Positions 62,421 through 64,000 of a stretch of 64,000 nucleotides of DNA are shown in pieces. The stretch comes from Mobula hypostoma. Lineage: Eukaryota. The stretch spans positions 5,270,001-5,334,000 of the forward strand of contig NC_086097.1 of NCBI RefSeq assembly GCF_963921235.1, in the 5' to 3' direction. Position numbers and translations under genes: made by a program. Within the stretch, counting starts at the first letter, position 1; the number at the start of each line of letters is the position of its first letter. The notes below the pieces were generated by a model, which searched no databases, was not told where the DNA came from, and saw only the letters and a program-made list of their open reading frames with translations.

Positions 62421-62924
62421 TATGCTCAGATGTTCCAGCAAGCATCCATGTATAATTGTTTTCCTTAATGCAACATTGTAATAATAAAAACTCGTTATTT
62501 TTCTCTTTACTGGGAATTTATAGATGTTTTGTAAACTGAACATAACAGATACCATTAATACACTGTTATTTCCCAACTATTTCTCTGGCCATTTCTAATG
62601 GGATGTGAGCTCAATTAATAACGTAACCACTGTGTAATGGATAGGACACTTTGTCCATGCTTTTTCCTTCTTCCTTTCCTGTCTTCACTTATTCATTGAT
62701 GCTGCCTGATCTTCAGATTTCCTGCAGCATTGTTCTGGTGCAGGGCCCTGTATCTGTCTGTTGTCTGTCTGTAATGTGCATCCTCACTCTGGATTAAGGT
62801 AAGTCGTTGCACGGGTTTGAGCAGTGGTTAGTGGACAGCGAGCAGTGTTGGGTGGTGATAGAAATAAATGAATATAGGATCCTGTGAGGATTGGTAGGTG
62901 TACCTTCATCTTACCCTTCCTGAT

Positions 62925-63790
62925 CAGCACAATCAGCTCTTTCATCTTACTGATGTTGAGTGCAAGATTGTTGCTGTTGACACCACTCCACTAGTTGGCA
63001 TATCTTGCTCCTGTACACCCCCTCGTCTCCAACTGAGATTCTACCAACAATGGTTGAATCATCAGCAAATTTGAGGATAGTATTTGAGCTAAGCCTAGCC
63101 ACACAGTCATGAGTATAGAGAGAGTACAGCAGTGGGCTAAGCACGCACCCCTGAGGTGCGCCAGTGTTGATCGTCAGCGAGGAGGAGATATTATTACCAA
63201 TCTGCACACATTGTGGTCTTCCAGTTAGGAAGTCGAAGATGCAATTGCAGAGGGAGGTGCAGAGGCCCAGGTTCTGTAACTTACCAATCAGGATTGTGGG
63301 AATGATGGTGTTAAATGCTGAGCTATAGTTGATGAACAGCATCCTGATATAGGTGTTTGTGTTGTCCAGGTGGTTTAAGACCTTGTGAAGAGCCATTGAG
63401 ATTGCGTCTGCTGTTGACCTATTGTGGCGATAGGCAAATTGCAGTGGGTCCAGGTCCTTGCTGAGGCAGGAGTTCAGTCTAGTCATAACCAACCTCTCAA
63501 AGCATTTCATCACTGTCCATATGAGTGCTACCAGGCGATAGTCATTAAGCTAGCTCACATTATTCTTCTCAGGCACTGGTATAATTGTTGCCTTTTTGAA
63601 GCAAGTGGGCACTTCTGCCTGTAGCAGTGAGAGGTTGAAAATGTCCTTGAATTCTCCCGCCAGCTAGTTAGCACAAGTTTTCAGAGCCTTACCAGGTACT
63701 CCATCGGGACCTTCCACCTTGCGAGGGTTCACCTTCTTTAAACACAGCCTAGCATTGGCCTCTGAGACAGAGAACACAGGGTCACCAGGT
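62925..63790 (-). mobile_element. Rex1/Babar RT fragment
   Basis: [57 protein letters not shown]. Confidence 0.93.
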
Positions 63791-64000
63791 TTATTTTCAA
63801 GTTGTTGCTACACCACTGTTTTTAGCATCCTGTGTTTGTCTAGAGATGGTTTTGTCCTCTATGCAGAATATGTTCAGATCTATTTAAGAAATATTTTGCT
63901 ACATGCAAATTGTAGAGTATAACTCTGACAAGACATAATCAAAGGAATAAAAAGCAGATTGGATTTCTGAAAGGTATGAAATCTTTGGAAGATAGGAAGG

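Overview
Repeat-saturated vertebrate DNA, most likely from a cartilaginous fish (ray/shark), inferred from HE1-type SINEs together with abundant CR1, Rex1/Babar, Penelope and fish-type L1 elements. No intact host gene, rRNA, tRNA gene or CRISPR array was found; nearly all predicted ORFs are transposon remnants or chance ORFs. Main elements: a full-length-footprint L1 with an 11-bp TSD (1537-7131), an R4/Dong-type retrotransposon with a restriction-like endonuclease, many CR1/Rex1/L2/RTE/Penelope fragments, a Tc1 transposon, a hAT (Buster-like) transposon, several solo LTRs, and extensive nesting. The most notable observation is a decayed Gypsy LTR retrotransposon (17636-22471) whose RT/RNaseH/integrase core is replaced by an intronless piece of the host splicing-factor gene RBM25 (RRM region), with reading frame preserved across both junctions, which looks like retrovirus-style gene transduction. 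Family and gene assignments come from recalled motifs, not database searches; boundaries without a TSD are approximate.
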